From Pocillopora damicornis (taxonomy: Eukaryota), in contig NW_020846834.1 in assembly GCF_003704095.1 (NCBI RefSeq), positions 62,001 to 126,000 of the forward strand: 64,000 nucleotides of DNA, in the 5' to 3' direction. How positions within the stretch are numbered: the first letter of the stretch is position 1; every line of letters begins with the position of its first letter. This document shows positions 50,101 through 63,590 of the stretch, piece after piece. The notes beneath the pieces were generated by a model, which worked only from the letters and a program-made list of their open reading frames with translations, was not told the origin of the DNA and made no database searches. A program made the position numbers and the translations under genes.

Positions 50101-52096
50101 TAAAATTTGTCCCATTTTGCCAAGCGTGAAGTTTCAGGGAAGGTTTGAGATATTTGAAAAATTCATTAATATAAGTATGTTGTTTTGTTGTCAAATATCT
50201 GCATCTCGTATGTCCCAGAAATTTTCTGCTATTGTTTTCCTTCGCCCTAGAAGACTGACTTCGTGGGACTTGAGTGTAGGTTTATCTTGAAACAGGTATT
50301 TTATTTCGAAAATGTTTTTGTTTAAACGGAACACTGCTATCGAGTCTTGGGTCTAGACGAACAATATTAACGGAAAAAGTGTACGAATCATTCAGGATGC
50401 CACTTCACCACGAGAGAACTGAAGTTTTAGTATTGGGATGATATTGTTGTTTCGCTTTGATAAGGTAAAACCCCCTTGTCGCTTGGAGCGGAAGGGAAAT
50501 CTTGACCTTTTTATAGTCGAGTTTACGACAGGTTGCATCGAGATGGTCAGTATTGTTCATCTTGAAATCTAAATATATCTTTGTTTTCGAAGTTTTGGAA
50601 CTGAACAACAGGTCATTAAAACAAGGGAGGGGAAGGTCAGGCTTTGTGAAATGTACCTTATAGCCGGGGTGAACATATGACTTCCTTCTAAGAAAAACAG
50701 GGCGTTGGCTCACGAGTTTCCTTTAACTGCCGTATGAAATTTCCTAGTCAATACGCTAGCCACTATTTCTCCGGTATGCAATTTCATAACGTGCTAATCA
50801 CGCTAAATCACGAGCGAGAGTTCAGTCAACAGGAAATTTTGCCTGTGGCTAAAAAGGCGTTTCTTCTGGTAAACATTAAAGTCTTCAACGAAGGTGAATC
50901 GTGACAATTTGAACACGGACTAAAGAAATGGCGAGGGACTAAATGGCTTGTTTTTTGTCATACCTCACAGAATATTAAAAGATAGAGATACAGCTTACAG
51001 GGAAAGGAAACAGTTTTTGATATTAAACGGAATTAGTGTGCTTAACTCGCATGCCTTAAATGCTTACGCACTGAAACTGAAAAAGAATTAATGTGATTTA
51101 TCCTTTCCGCCAAACAGTTTTGGCACAATTATTTAGCTGTACTTACAATTCTGCTGAGCATTTGTGCTGAACAGTATGACACTCTAATTAGGACATAGTT
51201 GTGCCGCGGACATACTTTTGTAAACGAACTGAAACTGGAAGGAAGTGCAAGCCCAATTTTGAGCTCGTGGGATCCTGCATTAGTCGTTGTTTTTCATTGT
51301 TGTTGAAGGCGTTGGCATATCTCTTTTCCTTTCTTTTATTAGAATAGCCGGTATTCTTTGCGACTCAGTTCTGCTGTCACGTCCCACAAGTGTCTGTTAA
51401 AACTAATATATGAGTTCGTATGAGTTTTTAGTTTGTAGAGTAGTTAGTAAACCAGAAAATGCGCCAGTGTTTTCAAGCGTTGCGCAGCGCATAGAACAAA
51501 CAGCTAGTAAATTCTGGCATAGACTTTTAGTAAAGGTGTATTATGTTGTCTCGTTAGAATGAAAAAAATAGCATGCTATATACGCCTAAGTTTTACATTC
51601 AGAGGAAAATGCTTGAGCTAACATCTCGTTTTTGCCGAAGAACTGTAAATTACTGCAAAGAAGTAAAACATTTCTAACGTCGAAATCTGATTAAAGCCCG
51701 ATCGTAAAGCGTCGTGAACAACGCTAATCGATAACGAGAAAATTAATGCAGGTAGAAAAACACCAACTGAAAAAGTCTCTGAAACCTCAATAAAGATCTG
51801 ATGGAAAAGTTAGCCAGCTACTTTCTCAGAAAGGAGAGATATGGAAAGCGGGTAGACGCTAAAAAGATGTTGAACAAGTTGATTCTCAAATATTGATAAT
51901 CCGACCGGATGATAATATTACTAGGTATTCGTGCTCTCGTGACTTTTCAATAGCGGCATTAAAACTTTCGAGAGCCATATTTCCTTGCTACCCTCCCCCC
52001 CCCAGGTTGGTTTTCCGTCCTATCGTGGTGAAACGTGACTCTGTCTTGTGAAGATTGCGGCTCGTGGGCACGAGAGGTCTAGTTTCGCCCACTTGA

Positions 52097-52712
52097 CTAA
52101 AATAAGGTTTTGCGGACGGACGGGTCGCGTGATTTCAACCAGAAATCAATATGATTTTCGTGTGCCGCCGCTACTTTCCGCCGTTTCGTGACAGAAATCT
52201 CGTGTTGCTGGGACGTGCCATCTGGGTTTTCAAGTTTCATACGTTTCAAGTATCCTGCTGTGTATGTTTTGGGCGAAATTTTTGTGTGCTCCACACGCAT
52301 CAGGATAGCAAGAAAAAATACAGACAACTAAGCAATCTATAATTTTTAATGAAGCACCTCGAAGGTATAACAAGATTTACATAATTTAATAACCAAGACG
52401 AGGATGATCAGGATACTACTCATATATTCTATATCTGTACATCTTACCCTACAGCACACGCCAATTTTGTTTTTAAGGGTACAATTCATTTGTTTATCGT
52501 TAAAGATACATAGAACATACTGGTTAACCTCCATGGCTATTTATATTTTGTTGTGCATGTTTTTGTTCTAAAATCTTCAGCTGTTCATACTTCTTCCAGC
52601 GGTTTTTTCTCGTGCAGACCTGGGAGGTTATCCCGTCACTTGGACCCCACGATATATCCTCCCTTTCCTTCCTATTTGGAGTTTCCTGTGCTCTATTGCT
52701 GCATTTATGCAT
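52097..52712 (-). CDS. candidate small two-exon basic protein (52712-52529 + 52257-52097; 114 aa)
   Basis: AAAATG start just after a good acceptor (TTTTCCAG|). The phase-1 junction GAG|GTTAAC...CACAG|CAG joins two ORF-track ORFs in frame. KRRKV resembles an NLS. The second acceptor lacks a polypyrimidine tract. Confidence 0.38.
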
Positions 52713-53659
52713 TTTTCGTCCAAAACACCTCACGAATTTAAGATATGAACTGGAAAACTGATAAAACATTACTTAACAAACAAACGTGAACTGATTCGAG
52801 TTAGCTCGTGATAATTGCATCAAAAAGTGACGCTGTCTAACCTCTGTCGACGATAGAAACTACTTCTTGTATTCTGAAATCCTCAACAATGTCAAACCAA
52901 TACTCTCTGAATTTGTTCCCATTTTAAGACCACCTCGTGATATCTATCAAAATCACGAAATTCTTCTTTGCTCTTACTAAAAAACACAAAAATGAATCGC
53001 AATTAAGAAATTAAAGTTCAGATAGAAGATTGGAATTCTTTTGGGTAAAATATGTTGTCCTTATGATCGCTTTTGAAGATTTTACCGTGCCACGAAAAAA
53101 CTGAGTAAAGAAAATATGATCTATCAGGTTTATCTTGTTACCTGAATTGTAATGGTCATCAGCGTCGCTGTAGAGATACTTAAAAAAGCGAACGGACAAA
53201 ACAGGGTTTTACTAAATTTAACTCATGACCTTCAACAATATGTCGAGAATCTACGCCCCGCAAAAGTCCCACGGGTTTCTCTATAAAAGAACGTTTTGAT
53301 TTTAAAATAGCTGTAACCGATCTCTGACTGTAACTGTCTTTGAAATGCTGCCCTTTGGAAGGCATAGATTTGGCAACACGTGCACTCAGGTGATTGATTT
53401 GTGTCAATCACTGACAGCACTAGAGACCTTTACTTGTCTACTCGCTGTGTTGCAAGTTTAAACCAGACTTATTAAGTCCCAAACTAGACTTGCGTCCTAA
53501 CTTAATTTAGATGATAAGTTAAACACTGCTTTCGATCGTTTAGCCCGAAGTCTTAAGTTTAGTGGGAGGAGAGATTTGATTAGAGCACGTAGTCACTGAA
53601 ACATTTGTAGTTTGTAAGCCTCATGCGTATTGAAGGAAATAGGAGTAGATCTGACCTTT

Positions 53660-53698
53660 TTTCTTTCCCTCTCTGTCTCTCTCTCTCTTTCTCTCTTT
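53660..53698. repeat. (CT)n-rich microsatellite
   Basis: CCCTCTCTGTCTCTCTCTCTCTTTCTCTCT. Confidence 0.8.
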
Positions 53699-56600
53699 AA
53701 GCATAGGATGATTAATCGTTTTTGCTTTCGATCCGCTCGTATCGTTTCTGCTTCTGTCCTCGTGAAATGGCATGCTGTGCGTTTCAGGTCCATCCTCCCT
53801 CGCCGCCCCCCGATTTTGGCACACAACTCACGAGCTTTCAAAAACTTCATACTACAGATTACCCAGGTTGAAGCTTTATTCTGTTCTTCTTGCGTTAACA
53901 GAGACAATGTTGATTTAAGTGCCGCGAGTAATGTGACATGTTAATGAAGAACCAAGGTTAAAAGCATGGAGCCTTTAAGCTCGGCCATGCCATGCCATGC
54001 CTAGCACTCCCCCGCAGTCCCAGACTGGCGTAGTCAGCAATGTAATCCCTGTTTACCAAATTTGATACATTTGATGTTATTTTACTGGGGGAAACGTGTG
54101 GTATCTTTCATTCTAACAGGAAGTCGTGACCGAATGAAAAGAGTCGCATTTTATCCACACAAAACACTGCATTAGGAAACAGTTGTTAATTGTCTTGAGG
54201 GATCTTTGATCCCCACATGGATAGCAAAGAAAATAACTGGTTGATAATCTTTCCGCTTTGGTCAGGTAAAATCAGGAAGGAAGTGTTTTTCAAGGGACTC
54301 TCGAGGTTAAATAAATGACTGTTAATTTAAATGTTTTCTTCCATTAGTCATGTTAGGCCCTCGGGCTGGCAAGTGGCCTGGATGCCGCTAATGGCCTTTT
54401 CGGTGAATTCAACTGACAGAAAATGATGATATAATAACAATACCTGGTATATTGGAAAGTGGCAAATAAAGGCCGGTTTTTTATCGAAAAGGAAATGAGC
54501 GTTATTTTTATCTGGATTGCATAGTGATCACAGGACTCAAATTGTTGTGAAAAAGTTTGCAGGAACGAAAATGTTTACAAATATTTTGTACGAGGTGTAT
54601 TGTTACCAGGAATGTAAAGAAGATATGTAGTTTTACTTTATGAAACTTTCGTTCCTCCAAGATCTATCATAATGAAATCACTAAACTGAAATGCAAAGGA
54701 AGCTTTTAAGTATGTCAGTTTAATAAGGCCGATGAAACCGTCAGTGAAATAGCGATTTTTAAGAAGATTATGATAGGAAGTAAAGTTCAGCCCAGACACT
54801 ATTTTCATAGGTTTAAAGATTTAATCTATCCCTTCGCCCAAAAACATCCATCGACGGGCCGTATCGTAGTTGCATAAACTTTCCTTAACTCTTAAATCAT
54901 TAAATACAAAACAATTTGAACAAAGTAAACTCCACATCTTTTCATCGCATGCCATTGGTTGACTTCCCTTCAAAGAAAAAAAGAGAGACTTTTTCCCATT
55001 AGAGCACAGCTCTTTAAGATAAATTATTTACAACTTTGAGATTATTGATCCAACAAATCCATCGCACTGATGCGCTGTTATAATTCGCACAGACTGAGTG
55101 TCGCCGCGGTCTCTTCATTCATTGTCACATGAGGTATGTAGGAAGGAAGAGATTATTGTTATTGCTTTCTTTAATTATATAGGTAACAGGAAGATGAAAA
55201 GTTTGGTTAATGTGGTTGAAAAAACATTCCTGTCTATACGCACAAATCTCGTCATGTGATATTTGATTTTAAGGTGGTGGCGTCCTCTTCAGCCCCTTGT
55301 TTGCGCGCGAACGCAATATCTACCATTGTCTTGGGAAGACACTGATCTTGGTTCTGGCTTTGTTCGATATTATGGCTTCCATCCACATTGTCATGTTAGC
55401 GTTACGGTTTATACGATTGAACAATTTGCCCTAATTTTACCATTTCGTCATTTGTAGTCCTTGTCTCTCATGTTCATTCAGTGAACTTTGCCCCTTCTTG
55501 CGTTCTTGGTTTACTGCCACCTTTCTTAGTGTTCTTAGATCTTGCTCAAATGATATTTTGTACTTCCCTAAGATTGGAAGTTATTATAATTGTTCGAAAA
55601 GATATCGTTACTTGGGCAAAATAGCAACAGGTTAGTTTTTTTTAGGTTCAAGTTAGTTTTGTGCAAAGCACAGGAAAAGGTAGTTAAGTATAACGCATTA
55701 TATTTGGGGAGAAAGCGTTAGTGAAAGAGTCTCACAATACTACTAATTGATTTGCGTGCCATCGAGGCTGTTCTGGCCTCGTTTTCAGGCCATTCTCACC
55801 AGACCTCGTGCTACTTCAAGCAACTTTGTTAGACACGTCCTATTCTGTTTATCAGAAATCCGCGATACTTTGGTCAGAAATCATTGACAAATTATGCAAG
55901 ACTCTTTTTAAGCATTCGTTAAAAGTAACCTTCTGGGCAACACAGTATCTCATAGAATGCCATACTGTCTTTGCTAGGTCTTGCTTGAGGAGGGACTTTT
56001 CTCTTTGCTCAGGCGGTGTTGTTTTCATCTTCCAGATTGACTCAGTATCTACCCGATGTACTGTGCGTGATAGTTCACAGATATATTTTGATTCAATTAT
56101 AAAGAGTATGGAGGCGTTCGGAAAGCCACTTGTTGAAAACACGTGATCAGTTCGTGAACCTGAATTAACTAGAAATCTGACTTTGAAGAATGCTAAAAAA
56201 AAAGATCACGATGGATCACTCATCTTTTCTTTGGGTTTTTGTCATCGCAATATTTACAGGAACAAAGAAACCACATCATGAAGCATAGGCTAATTATGGT
56301 GACTGGCAATAATTACCGCCTTTTTATGGTTAATTTAGCAAACCACCTGTTTTAAGTGTTCTTCTAGAAGAGGAATCTTGAAGTCTCTCTTGTTGAGTGA
56401 CTCTTATTTGTCTTTACCAAGATTGAATGGACAACAGAAGCGAAAAGAACCAGCAAGCGAAGGAAAAAATCACGCGAGTTATCGTTATTCGATTTCAAGT
56501 TTTTAATCGAAGTTACGAAACATTTTTTTTGTTTATACAAGTCCACCACGAGCGTAGGCGTCGCCGTTTACTTCGATTTGCAATTCCTACGATAAAGTGC

Positions 56601-56821
56601 ACAGATCTCTTTACAACGCTTCAGTGACGATAACGAGCTTTGTAAAGTTTCTCTTTCGAGTTATGCCGTTTCACTGTAGCACAATACAATATATATTAAG
56701 CCCGTCATTGAAAGAAACCACGGATTAAGAGCCCTGAGGAATAAACTGAAAAAGTTGAGCGGGGCCATTTGCGAAACAACTTAAAAGGCTTAACGAGTTA
56801 AGCAAGCTGTTATTTAATACA

Positions 56822-57098
56822 AATAAATTAAGGGGTAAGTTTCTATAGAAACTGTGGTGCTGCGTCGGTGGGAGAGTGTAACAAGGTAGTTTGGTTTTAT
56901 CAACTAAATTGATGATTTGAATTGGCCGCCGTCAAGAGTTTCAAAGCTGACGTTTCGAGCGTTAGCTCTTCGTCAGAGCGAATGAACGAATTCGTTTTGA
57001 CGAGGAGCTAACTTTCGATACGTCAGCGTAGAAACTCTCTACGAGTGCCAATTTAAGTTATTAACTCAGTTGATATAACCAAACTAAAATGATTACCT
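56822..57098 (-). mobile_element. short Penelope-like (pLTR-derived) insertion with inverted 5' copy; 14-bp TSD
   Basis: TGTTATTTAATACA at 56808-56821 and 57099-57112. Internal inverted symmetry is centred at ~56986. Homologous to 58035-58204. Confidence 0.75.
56946..56979 (-). ncRNA. minimal type I hammerhead ribozyme
   Basis: Minus strand reads GCU-CUGACGA-A-GAGC UAAC GCUC-GAAAC-GUC-AGC: conserved core boxes, 4-bp helix II, palindromic ACGU in place of helix III, GUC cleavage triplet, and GCU/AGC helix I. Confidence 0.75.
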
Positions 57099-57851
57099 TG
57101 TTATTTAATACACCGCTTTGGCAGGGTAAGCTCCGGCTTAATATTGGGCCACTTTGGTATACCTTACCTTTGGCATTGGGTGCATGATGAGGCATTGGTA
57201 AAAGAGAGTACAGGTCAGAAAGCAAGACTTTTTCATTACAATTAGGACTAACAGTACTATTCAGAACAATAAGTTCGATTTAGAACGACTTTGTGATAAT
57301 CATGACCTTAATTTCAAAATTAATCTTTATTTATCTGTGCCCGAAGTAGTCACTTCCACTTGACCCTCAGCCTGCTTGAAGCCTGGTTTCCATGAGAGAA
57401 CACTTTTTGTTAGAACCAGAACATAGTGCAAGCATCAATGGAAACCGATTTACAAGAACCCCAGAAATCTTGGTTATGAAATTGAGTCTTTCATAACTTT
57501 GTGAACTGAAAGTTGTTTTTTAAAAAAGTGTATAAGCTGAAGAACTATTTTATTTGGAAAATCGATCTTGATAATAATACTGAAAGGGATTCAAGGACAA
57601 TGTCGATGCCCTTGACTCTCCATATATCCTCCGTCTTTCTCCCCTAAATACTCATCGGCTACTCCCCAAATTGTTGTAAGAAAACTATTTAATAAACTGT
57701 GAGAAATTTGCAGTAAAAATGAACGAACTGAAACCCTGCTCTTAGGCTTGGCTAAATTTAAATATTAACATTTCTCCTCGAACTGCAGTGTACGATCCAC
57801 CTCGTAGGTAGCGGTCGGTTTGGTATTTAGTAGCACAGTCAGGAACTCATG

Positions 57852-58240
57852 AAAACCTTTCACTCCCGTTAATGACTGGAGAAGAACTACTCTTAGCAAT
57901 TTCACAATATTTTCAAACAGAATGGTGGTGAGAAAAATGGAAAAATATCAACTTAGGGGTCTTGATTGATTTAATACCAAATTCTCGGTGAAAAATTAAA
58001 AGAAATGTATAGTAGGAAGTGAGAAGAATTGAATAAAGGGGTAAAGTTCCTAAAGAAACTGTGTTGCTGCGTCGGTGGGGGAGTATAACAAAATAATTTG
58101 GTTTTATCAACTGAGTTCTTAATGTAAATTAGCCACCGTAAAGAGTTTCAAAGCTGACGTTTCTAGCGTTTCGCTCTGACGAAGGGCTAACGCTCGAAGT
58201 GCTGAGAATTGAATTTTGATCTCTTACGTGATAGAGCTCA
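57852..58240. mobile_element. degenerate TTAA-type MITE interrupted by a second Penelope-like insertion (58035-58204, 10-bp TSD)
   Basis: AGAATTGAAT at 58025-58034 and 58205-58214. The insert contains truncated hammerhead halves in both orientations (GCTGACGTTTCTAGCGTT / GCTCTGACGAAGGGCTAACGCTCGAA). Confidence 0.7.
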
Positions 58241-60680
58241 TGGACTCTCTTCCGTATCTTTACCCGTGCGTTGTTTTTTTTTATGCTAATCACTAAACCT
58301 GGCTGCCTTAGTGGACCCATTTGCTCCCAAAAGTAACCCAAAAAGTATTTCTCCTTACTATATTAATATATTTGCAAGCAGAACAGTGATGTGAAGAAAT
58401 AAATATAATAACTATGGTATGTTGTCTAAGTTACGGACATCAAATTTTTTTGGAGGTGATATTGTAAGGACGGAAAGACAGACAACGCAAAGAATCGATG
58501 GACCTTGGCAGTGATGAACTTGGTGAAAAGCATGGGAAAACCTCCTACCATCAAATGAATTAATTGCAGTCTTAAATGAAAATCGTCACTTAAGAAATAA
58601 CTGATAAGCACAAGAATGTAGCACGCGGTATGTTCGAATGTAGTATCTGTAAAACATTTAATTTATAGTACAGCACCATTTGGAATCCCCAGCGGTTTGT
58701 TGGCGAATTAATATAAATTCTATAAATAAGAATACCTCCCAGGACTTTTTAAGAAGATATCGCTAATTAGGATTGCTATTTGATAGAATTAGGAAAAGAT
58801 CTCCAATCGTCAGAGTGTTGAAATCTGTTTTCCTATTTTGACTTCGACAAGATAATTTAGAATAAAAAGAAACATTGACTTCAGCAAGAAGTAACAGAGT
58901 ATTTATTGCTTTGATAATGAGTACGTTGGAGAGTTCGTTAAGATAACGACGAATTTCAAACAAACCTAGTGCCAGTAAGTGTAGAGGCCATTTCATGCAG
59001 AATTTTTGTCTACACCTTTGGCACTTAGAAGCACGTGCTGCTCTGCGAGCTTCAAACCACGGGAAGTGCACAACTGAGAGAAACAGTGGGTGAAAAAATC
59101 TGTATTCGTCGAATAAACAAAGATGCTGTCTTGTGAGAGGAAATGATCACGTCCCAATTTTTTTATATTGCATCTGTTTAGCAGACTCGCGATAAGGTAT
59201 CAAATAGATTTGCTATTGACTCGCTCAAAATAAACTAAATTTCAAGTGTTACATTTCTATCGCTGATCAATTTTGGAGTATTCTCTATATATGTAAGGCC
59301 GCCTATACTGAGGTTCTGATAACCGTCATCACCTTAGGTGAAGGTGGCAATCGGATGGAAGACAACTTTTATCAACATGTACCTCGATGAAACTGTTTAG
59401 TTAAACATTCTTCATGAGTGAATTTTTAAGTTGAAAGAGAACGTGCTCCGAGCCGAACACTCTGGTTGTGCGATGATGTCAATATAGACGTGATTTACTT
59501 AATTATTTAACAGTCTCGATGGGGTAGGTGGCAACAATACAAGGGGTTTATATCGGGTGAGATTGCAGATCAACGTATGTCTGACCTATAATTAACTCCC
59601 CGTGATTGAAAATTTTCTACAGTTGTACGTGTCTTGATTCCTGCGGACTCCTCAGGCCAATTGTGAGCGATAGAAAAACAACCTTGGATTAATTTGTTGA
59701 GTCACAGCACGTTTTCCCGTCTCATTTGTGATTGAGGAAACAGTTGTAATTGGCTTTAGGCCATAAACAGTTCCGCGGACATTCCTAGAAAAACTGTTCA
59801 TGGTTCCCACAGTCCACCCAATATCACCCGCGGCTCAACAGAGTCGAGTTTTTACTTAATTGGAAGGGTGGAGAACGCAGTGTGAAGGTTGATCTCCAGT
59901 ATTGGTCGCTGCCTGTATGTTTTGTCACAATGGCGGATCTTGGAAGTACCGCAGGACAACAATACTCAGCCACCACCCCTTTTTAAATAACCAAACTAGT
60001 AATATTTGTTCCCCCATTTAATTTCATTTTTAGATCCTCAAAGTCTTCGATAACGACACTTTTATCGACTTTGTTTAAAGCACTCACTTGGAGTGGTTCC
60101 AGCGTGAGAACCCTATCTCCAGCCTGTTCTCGTCAGTCTTTCAGCTAGCCAAAGAGTCTGAGGTTTGAGGTTTGAAGTTTGACGCTTGAGAGAAAAAGGG
60201 AGAAGGCTGCCATAGTGAACGAACCTTTTTTTTTTTTTTTTTTTTTTTTTAGAACTATTGACCATCTGTCCCCGTGATAGGAACATGCTTACACTTTTTT
60301 TCCGTTGAAAGTGAAATAAATAGCCACAGGTCATTTCCTCTGTTGAGTACCAGTTATACAAACGTCCTCTCGGTGCATTCTCGATGGCTATTCCACAACG
60401 CTAAGTGGGCCTTCAAAAAATGTGAAAACAAAACGTGTGCTGGATAAAATTAAATTACTAAAATTATTTTTATTTTTCAGAGGTCCACCTCTCTTATCGA
60501 TCAAATAAAGGGGGGAGTTACGAATACGTAGCGTTTCACGATCGAAGTATATCAACATACTACATCATAAGAGAGTCCTTAAATACATATTTTAGCCTTT
60601 TGAATAACGCGGTTTTGGTTCACGTCAATTGCACTTTATTTATACTTGCAAATGTGACCTCGTTGAGTTAACTTCTCTCT

Positions 60681-60894
60681 AAAACCCCTTACACCTTAGC
60701 ATCAATATTCATTTTCTCTACACTGTTCCCTCTTCACATACCCTATGGTAATGAAAAGGAGAATTTGTTGGACAATCAAGAGCTTCTTAGATTGGTGATC
60801 ATTTCCATTAATCTCATGACCTTTACAATTGATTCAAAGACAGTACTGTTGAGAGAAATTAGAAGCTAACCAATGTTAGGCGTTTAAAGGCTAA
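60681..60894. mobile_element. TTAA-type MITE, degenerate
   Basis: ACCCCTTACACC...GGCGTTTAAAGGCTAA termini; internal similarity to 24715-24905. Confidence 0.6.
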
Positions 60895-62028
60895 AAGCCT
60901 TCTTATTGTAGTCTTCGAGATAGATTTCTGTCAGTGCAGAGACAGGATGAGTTCATCATCTCCAGCCTCTAGGCATTAGGTACTCTGTAATGTGTAAACG
61001 CAATTTTCTACAGTGTTAAAGGTGAAAGATGGCTCACTGACTAAGTTCTAGAATCTCATAATTACTTCATTATCTGTTGCACATTTCAATTTTTGTCATT
61101 TTTGGCTCGTTTCTGACGGGAGCCCAACACTATTGATAGGCATTTGTTCCTGAATATTACAAAAAAAATAATGGTGATATCACTTCCCATAATTGCTAAT
61201 TCCAGGTTTGAATACGATTTTGCTCTGTGAGAAAATCCTCTCTGAGAGATTGAAGGCAAAATAATTAATATAATTAGTAGAAAGGATATGGATAGCCGTA
61301 CTTCGTTTGTGGTTCTCTTCAGTATTATCTTCAATGTACAGGTTATACTCCAAATGCAAAAGCAGACCTGGGTCTATAAACAAAGCAATATTTCTTAGTT
61401 TACAAAAGTGCAGAGTCCAGTTTTATATTGCGTTTCTCTAAGCTTAATGAATAAGATTGATGGCCATACTACCCATGGCTATACTACTCCGTCAAGGAAA
61501 ATACTGAAGTAGAGCAATAGAAGGCGTTTTAACAATGGTTCAAGTTCGGTACGCTTGGACGTGCGTCAAGAAAGCTGGGTCGAGCACGCAAGCTTAGGCC
61601 TAGAGGTACACGAACTCGAGGCTTACAAGTAAAAATCCTATGAGGACTATGATCAGACCCCAAACCACAATAGGAGGGGTTTTGAGAACCAAGCTACCAA
61701 AATATTCAACTCCTCCCACTATTTGCCAAGTTAAAGTTTACATTTAGTGGAAACTAAAATCAGTCTCACCAGGCTCTGCAATTCTCGTATGTACCAGCCC
61801 CCTGCTGACTTTGATGGCTTCCTTTAGATGCACAAAAAAATCGCATGCGAAATGTTAGTGTCTGCCTCTTTTGGCATTGAGAAAAGGGAAATAAGATAAA
61901 GTAAAGAGAAAAGAAAAAAACTGCTAGTTCTTTGCCAAAGGCAATAAGGCACTGGCTAGGAGAGAAAACTGCTCAAACCCTGTGTGAAATTCAGTAGAAG
62001 TCAAGCCAAGTTAGAACTATTACGAATC

Positions 62029-62190
62029 GCTGCTACTGCTAGTAGTTACAGGGAAGACACACAAAGACCACTCACGCCACAGTTTTTAGCCACACCCCTA
62101 GAATTAGCTGCTGCTAATGCTAGTCGTTACAAGAAAGGCACACAAAGACAACTTACGCTTAAGTTTTGTGCCACACCCCTGGAATTAGTT
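62029..62190. repeat. 81-bp tandem duplication (2 copies)
   Basis: GCTGCTA.TGCTAGT.GTTACA...CACACAAAGAC...GCCACACCCCT.GAATTAG at 62029 and 62110. Confidence 0.85.
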
Positions 62191-63590
62191 CAAAAGGACC
62201 CAAATCGCTCTTTCTGATAATCCTGTCCATGCATACCCTGATGATGGCCAGCATCAAAGAGCCCCCTTCCGCTCTTTGTCCTTAGTAACCTGACCCGTAG
62301 AGAAAAGGATTCAAACTAGGCTCTCGGACAGAAATAGCAGTCGAAGACTGACGACAGTCGGGTTACCCACCTCCCCCCATACCAGTATTTATCATCAGTC
62401 ATCGCTGTCTTTCTAGATTTCACGCATTAGACGAGAGCTAAAGCTAAGTAGCCCCTAATTTGGAAAAAACAGTGTCCAGGCCTTTGATCCAGTATTACCT
62501 TGAAAGATGCTCTTCCATTTCCTTGCCTTGACCACCCAGTTTAAAAAAATCCAGCCGGACATAAATTGCATGTACCACACAGGTGCATAGTGCTTTTTGC
62601 ACGCACTGATTGGATAAACCGGGGGTGATAAGCAGCACTTTTGATCTCTAAGCAGCTGAAGGGACACGATTTTTCGTCAAGAGTTTTGTTTGCGACCATT
62701 TCTTGTTATTTTGATAGAAATAAAGATATTTCTTTGGTTCTCATGTGGTATACACAATCATTTACCTTCGAGTCGGTTTTAAGTGGTGGATGGTTATCGA
62801 GCCGCGGCTATGCACTTCCACTTCGGTGTAATTGTTAAATATCATGGAATGAGAGAGTGGCAAAAATCAGAAGTAGCATTAAATCTACGATATACTAGTG
62901 CTACACTTTTTTGAACGAAAATCTCCAATTTAGTGTAGCTTACAAATTGGTAAAAAAAGCTAGATTCATTTGTCTTACTCGAGCTGTTACTTCAACAAGA
63001 ACAGCTCATGGTCTTTTGTTTCGTTTCGTTTCGGGGTAAATTTACTAATGCGAATGCGACACATTTTCCACATTCCTCTTTTTAATTTTTAGCATTTTGT
63101 TTAGGACATTTGGCTGTAAGCCGTGTTTGCATCATTCGTATTACCTACATAATCTATTATAATGTTTCTATTTATACAGATGAGGAGAAGTTATTTTCGA
63201 GACAAATCCTTTGTCCACAGTCTCTTAATTCCCTTAACTCTTCATCTACTATGCACGCATATTACGTTGTATTGCATTTGCGTTTCGTCTGTTTTTCAAC
63301 AACCAGTGTTCCTGGTTTTGGTTTTAAACAACTCTAATACACTTGATAGGTATAAAGAACGATCATTGCAGTATGATGTTATTACAGTATACCTATGAAC
63401 TCAGTATTTCATAACTTGAACATACGATGGAACGGTTCGAAGAACCTTAGAGGAAACTACACATCGTTGTGTAGTCATATGACTTTAAATTAAAACTCCA
63501 CGCTTTTAGGTACAGACCGGTTGTATGCATATTAGTTTTCAGAGCCCGGTGAAATTTGTAGGAACGAAAAGCGCATGGCTTTAACAGTCA

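Noticed and set aside
53593-53944. Overlapping ~104-aa ORFs on both strands
   Set aside because: Kept open partly by the (CT)n microsatellite; non-ATG starts and no homology recognised.
54728-54755. CCGATGA...GAAA hammerhead-like string
   Set aside because: The core box is not CUGANGA, there is no helix II pairing and no cleavage triplet.
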